Shown here: piece after piece, positions 53,561-56,675 of the stretch
Position numbering within the stretch: position 1 is the stretch's first letter
Layout of the letters: every line of letters starts with the position of its first letter
IMG/VR virus record: IMGVR_UViG_3300044953_000632
Span: 1 to 56,675 of that record
DNA: 56,675 nucleotides
DNA from: a virus
Taxonomy: Duplodnaviria > Caudoviricetes
Reading direction: 5' to 3' (one strand)
The notes under the pieces: generated by a model
The model's input: the letters and a program-made list of their open reading frames with translations, nothing else
Told to the model about the DNA's origin: nothing
Database searches by the model: none
Position numbers and translations under genes: made by a program

Positions 53561-54088
53561 ATGATCAAAGTTGCCAATAATATTAAACGTATGTTAAGGT
53601 TTAAGGCTTCATCAGAAAGCCCTCAATTCGTTAACCACAGTACCGACCCCTTACACCCGGCATTAGCCCCAGTTGGGATGTTCCCGCAGTCATATTACAT
53701 TAGGGGCATGGACGACGAGACGCGGTGGGCTGCGGGTATTGGCCCGACCGTGTTTAAAGCCCCGCAAAGACGCTTAGATCCGTGGAAAGACAGCAGGGGT
53801 CCAACTAACGACTGGAGTCCCATCAGCAGTGAGTTCACACCAGAGCAGTATGCAATGGCAGTGAATACCATGGTGGGTATGGGCAACAGCGATCTGAGGG
53901 CTGACGGTAGCTACGACGACAGCAAACGACACCGCCTTGCCTTTCCTAATGGAGCAGATGGGCCAAGCATTAGTTTTGATCTAAATGATAAAAAATCGCC
54001 ATTACATATCGACCCTAGAGGACTAAAAGACTTCTACCACGGACAATCGAGACAGCTTTTGCCTGGTATGCGGTGGCGGTCCCGATAG
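53561..54088 (+). CDS. MIKVANN-leader protein
   Basis: 175 aa; shared N-terminus and upstream sequence. Confidence 0.7.
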   Translation: MIKVANNIKRMLRFKASSESPQFVNHSTDPLHPALAPVGMFPQSYYIRGMDDETRWAAGIGPTVFKAPQRRLDPWKDSRGPTNDWSPISSEFTPEQYAMAVNTMVGMGNSDLRADGSYDDSKRHRLAFPNGADGPSISFDLNDKKSPLHIDPRGLKDFYHGQSRQLLPGMRWRSR

Positions 54089-54126
54089 GCTCTGTTTAGG
54101 CTCTAATAAAGAAGGTAAAATACAAT

Positions 54127-54822
54127 ATGATCAAAGTTGCAAATAATTTATTAAAGCTCTCTCAGCACATGTTGAAGCGGAGCTACGACCCGAGACCGTC
54201 GCTGCTCCCATGGCGTTATCCACAGCAGCAGCCACAAATGAGGTACGACTATTCTGGAGGCACTGGCTTCCACGCGGAAGGGAAACCTGCTGTAAGCATG
54301 GCTCCAGAGAAGTTTGAGCGGTACCAAGCCAGAATGTTACTAAATCCGTATAAGATGCCGGGGCTTGAAGCCTTCCCCGATGCCGAAACAGCTGCAGCGT
54401 ATTACAACACTGCCACAGGGGGGGACATAGCTTCATTTGCTCAAAGTCTGCCAAAACGGTTTGTCAAGAACCCGGAGGCGTGGGCTAATATGTTTAATAA
54501 GAAGCCCCCCGTCCAATTTGGCAGCAGTTTCCCCGGTGTTAGTGAAGAGTTCCTAAAGGAAACCCCCGATATTGATGTTGTGAATCCGTTTAATCCTAAT
54601 CAGCCTTACTTTGGTAAAAGGTGGTATTTGCAGGATGACGAAGCTCTTTGGAATCGTGCTGCGTACAGACAAACCCCTAAGAATCCCACGGGGGACATAT
54701 TTCACTACACTGAAGGTCCAGATGGGAAGCCAGTTTTTTCCAATCCAGAATACCTTAAGAGCCTTGCAGCCGAAGGGAATAGGCTAATTAAACAGGAGGC
54801 CCCGAAGAATCCGCTTCAGTAA
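54127..54822 (+). CDS. MIKVANN-leader protein
   Basis: 231 aa; shared N-terminus and upstream sequence. Confidence 0.7.
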   Translation: MIKVANNLLKLSQHMLKRSYDPRPSLLPWRYPQQQPQMRYDYSGGTGFHAEGKPAVSMAPEKFERYQARMLLNPYKMPGLEAFPDAETAAAYYNTATGGDIASFAQSLPKRFVKNPEAWANMFNKKPPVQFGSSFPGVSEEFLKETPDIDVVNPFNPNQPYFGKRWYLQDDEALWNRAAYRQTPKNPTGDIFHYTEGPDGKPVFSNPEYLKSLAAEGNRLIKQEAPKNPLQ

Positions 54823-54905
54823 GGTTACCTCCCCATTTCCGCAGTATAAAAGAAGAAATAGAGAGAACGGATGAGTTGGTGATCCCATATTAGATAAAGC
54901 ACAGT

Positions 54906-55607
54906 ATGCCTGTAAAGTCTGTCACATCTCAAAGGACCTATGAGCAACTGTGGAAAAGTCGAGACACCGTTGGTACCACGCTCCTCGTTATGGTCTTGGA
55001 CTCGTACGGCCAAGAAATCTTTGATATGGATCCCCAGGCCTTCCGCCAAGAGCTTGAAGAGGGATTTGCAGTATCTGACATCCCCGATGTAAACACTGAT
55101 AAGGTATGGGCCCTTTGGAACTCCTTGACGACCGATCTAGTCCATGCCGACGTGTCCACGTTCATAAACTGTGCTAACGTTCTAAGCGGAACGCCAATGA
55201 GCTATGACGTATTTGATGTAGCCGATCCATACGAATGCGCATGGGCGGTAACTGAGCTGACAATGCTGGACCCCAGTACTCCCTACAGATTCAGCCCCGA
55301 AGTGCGCAGATACATGGGGGAGATATGCAAAGAGCTGGGTCTTTACCGCCCCCCACCAGCACTTTTAAAAATAGCGGAAATGGGCGACAAGGACTATATT
55401 GCCAACATAGAATCCTATGCCACTGACACAGTGGAGATGCAGATGATGGTGCAGAACCAGCTTCAATTTAGAGACGACGTGCAAGCTTACGTGGACAGAA
55501 GAACTAGCAAGATGATGTTGGAACTTAATAACGTGCCGTTGATGAATAAAAACTCCGGATCTTGGAATAAGTTTGTGTCAGGATTTGCAAAAGGAATGTC
55601 AAAATGA
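54906..55607 (+). CDS. Hypothetical protein, putative virion protein
   Basis: 233-aa ORF in the plus-strand cluster. Confidence 0.65.
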   Translation: MPVKSVTSQRTYEQLWKSRDTVGTTLLVMVLDSYGQEIFDMDPQAFRQELEEGFAVSDIPDVNTDKVWALWNSLTTDLVHADVSTFINCANVLSGTPMSYDVFDVADPYECAWAVTELTMLDPSTPYRFSPEVRRYMGEICKELGLYRPPPALLKIAEMGDKDYIANIESYATDTVEMQMMVQNQLQFRDDVQAYVDRRTSKMMLELNNVPLMNKNSGSWNKFVSGFAKGMSK

Positions 55608-56407
55608 ATTTTAATGACAAAGTTAATTTAAAAAAGGCAAACCTTAGAAGATGGTTCAAGGAAAAATGGGTTGACATATCCAAAAAAGACGAGTCAGGAA
55701 AACACCCCCCATGTGGAAGATCTGATGCCGATGAGAAGTCTGGATATCCTAAATGTCGACCCTCTAAAAGAATTTCCAAAGCAACCCCAGAAACGACAAA
55801 GTCAATGTCCAAGTCTGAAAAGAAAAAAGCCGTAGCTCAAAAAAGACGAGCAGAATCGCAACCTAGAGAAGGTAAGAAGCCACATATGACAAGCCACAAC
55901 AAGAAAGCACAAATATCTTCGTCTAAGTCCATAGTCGATGTTCCAATCAAGTGCACTCCAGGATTCGGCTGCAAGAGGTATTTTACTAAAGAAGAGCAGG
56001 CTGAAATCAATCAGGCGAAAGCCAAGATTATGTCTGCCTTGTACCCTACCTCGGGCGACCCTATATCTTCCGGCTTGTCTAGTCCGTATTGGGCAGGGAT
56101 GGGCACTGGAGTCTTGGGAGCCTTGCTAGGCGGAGGAATCGGCAGTGGCGTTGGAGCCCTAGGAGCATTTAAAGGAGACACCAATATAGGACTTAGTTCG
56201 GCCCTAGGCGCCTTGCTGGGTGCCGGCGCAGGGGCCCTATATGGATACAGCAAGAAGAATAAAAAGAATAAAGAAATTATAAACTTAATGCAAGACCTGC
56301 CAGTAGGTGCCGATCTAGGAGATGTTGAAATATTCTCAGATCCTGCACTGAGGCAGCAGCTAGCAAGAGACTTCCAAAGACGACTAATTAAAACGGGCAT
56401 ACTCTAA
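55604..56407 (+). CDS. Basic phage domain (LRRWFKEKWVDI...CGR...YPKCRP, DUF5872-like) fused to a glycine-zipper domain
   Basis: Recognisable phage motif plus GxxxG repeats; the two domains follow KKA sites. Confidence 0.65.
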   Translation: MNFNDKVNLKKANLRRWFKEKWVDISKKDESGKHPPCGRSDADEKSGYPKCRPSKRISKATPETTKSMSKSEKKKAVAQKRRAESQPREGKKPHMTSHNKKAQISSSKSIVDVPIKCTPGFGCKRYFTKEEQAEINQAKAKIMSALYPTSGDPISSGLSSPYWAGMGTGVLGALLGGGIGSGVGALGAFKGDTNIGLSSALGALLGAGAGALYGYSKKNKKNKEIINLMQDLPVGADLGDVEIFSDPALRQQLARDFQRRLIKTGIL

Positions 56408-56675
56408 AAACTTAATACACATTATAAAACAAAACCCGTGGATTGTCTCTAAAACCCTGGGTTTTGCTATATGGGGGGGTTTATTGAGAAGGCAGACCGT
56501 CCGCCTTAAATTATTCTCATCAAAGACCCTAAAAAGTACCTAAAAATAGCAAAAACAAAACATAATAAAAAATAAGAAATTATTTTGTAAATGTGTTTTG
56601 GAATCCAACTAATGTATTGTAGAGTTATGTTTGCCAATAGTAAGTTGGAACTAGGTACTTGCTATGAAAAGAGTT

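Noticed and set aside
575-56407. Stop-codon reassignment as in some large phages
   Set aside because: Genes are full-length and tightly packed under the standard code, with TAA, TGA and TAG all used as stops.
56408-56675. Cassette-type promoter at CTAAAAATAGC (~56540)
   Set aside because: The -35-like box matches, but there is no convincing -10 at 17-bp spacing in this A-rich tract, and the downstream context is cut off.

Overview
A gene-dense, standard-code fragment of what is very likely a large tailed dsDNA phage genome. From 575 to about 46.7 kb nearly all genes are on the minus strand. Left to right: (i) two tandem copies of a ~280-300 bp structured non-coding element at the left edge, with a predicted pseudoknot; (ii) a signal-peptide i-type/destabilase-like lysozyme and a metallophosphoesterase; (iii) five self-contained expression cassettes (shared promoter, leader hairpin, RBS, gene, terminator) encoding two RCC1-repeat proteins, two membrane proteins and an unannotated 24-aa hydrophobic peptide; (iv) a probable portal, an ankyrin protein, a MoxR-like AAA plus VWA/metallopeptidase pair, RuvC, GroES, class II RNR, a fibre-like protein, a ThiF-like protein and a dATP/dGTP diphosphohydrolase; (v) a replication/recombination block (RecA, putative SSB, UDG-fused family A polymerase, primase, DnaB-like helicase, SF2 helicase, SbcC/SbcD). 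At the right end are a plus-strand terminase large subunit, a perfect 25-bp inverted repeat, a minus-strand 891-aa Zn-finger protein and plus-strand putative virion genes, three of which start with MIKVANN. All calls come from motif recognition by eye; no searches or folding programs were run. No tRNA, rRNA, CRISPR array, reverse transcriptase or transposase was recognised.
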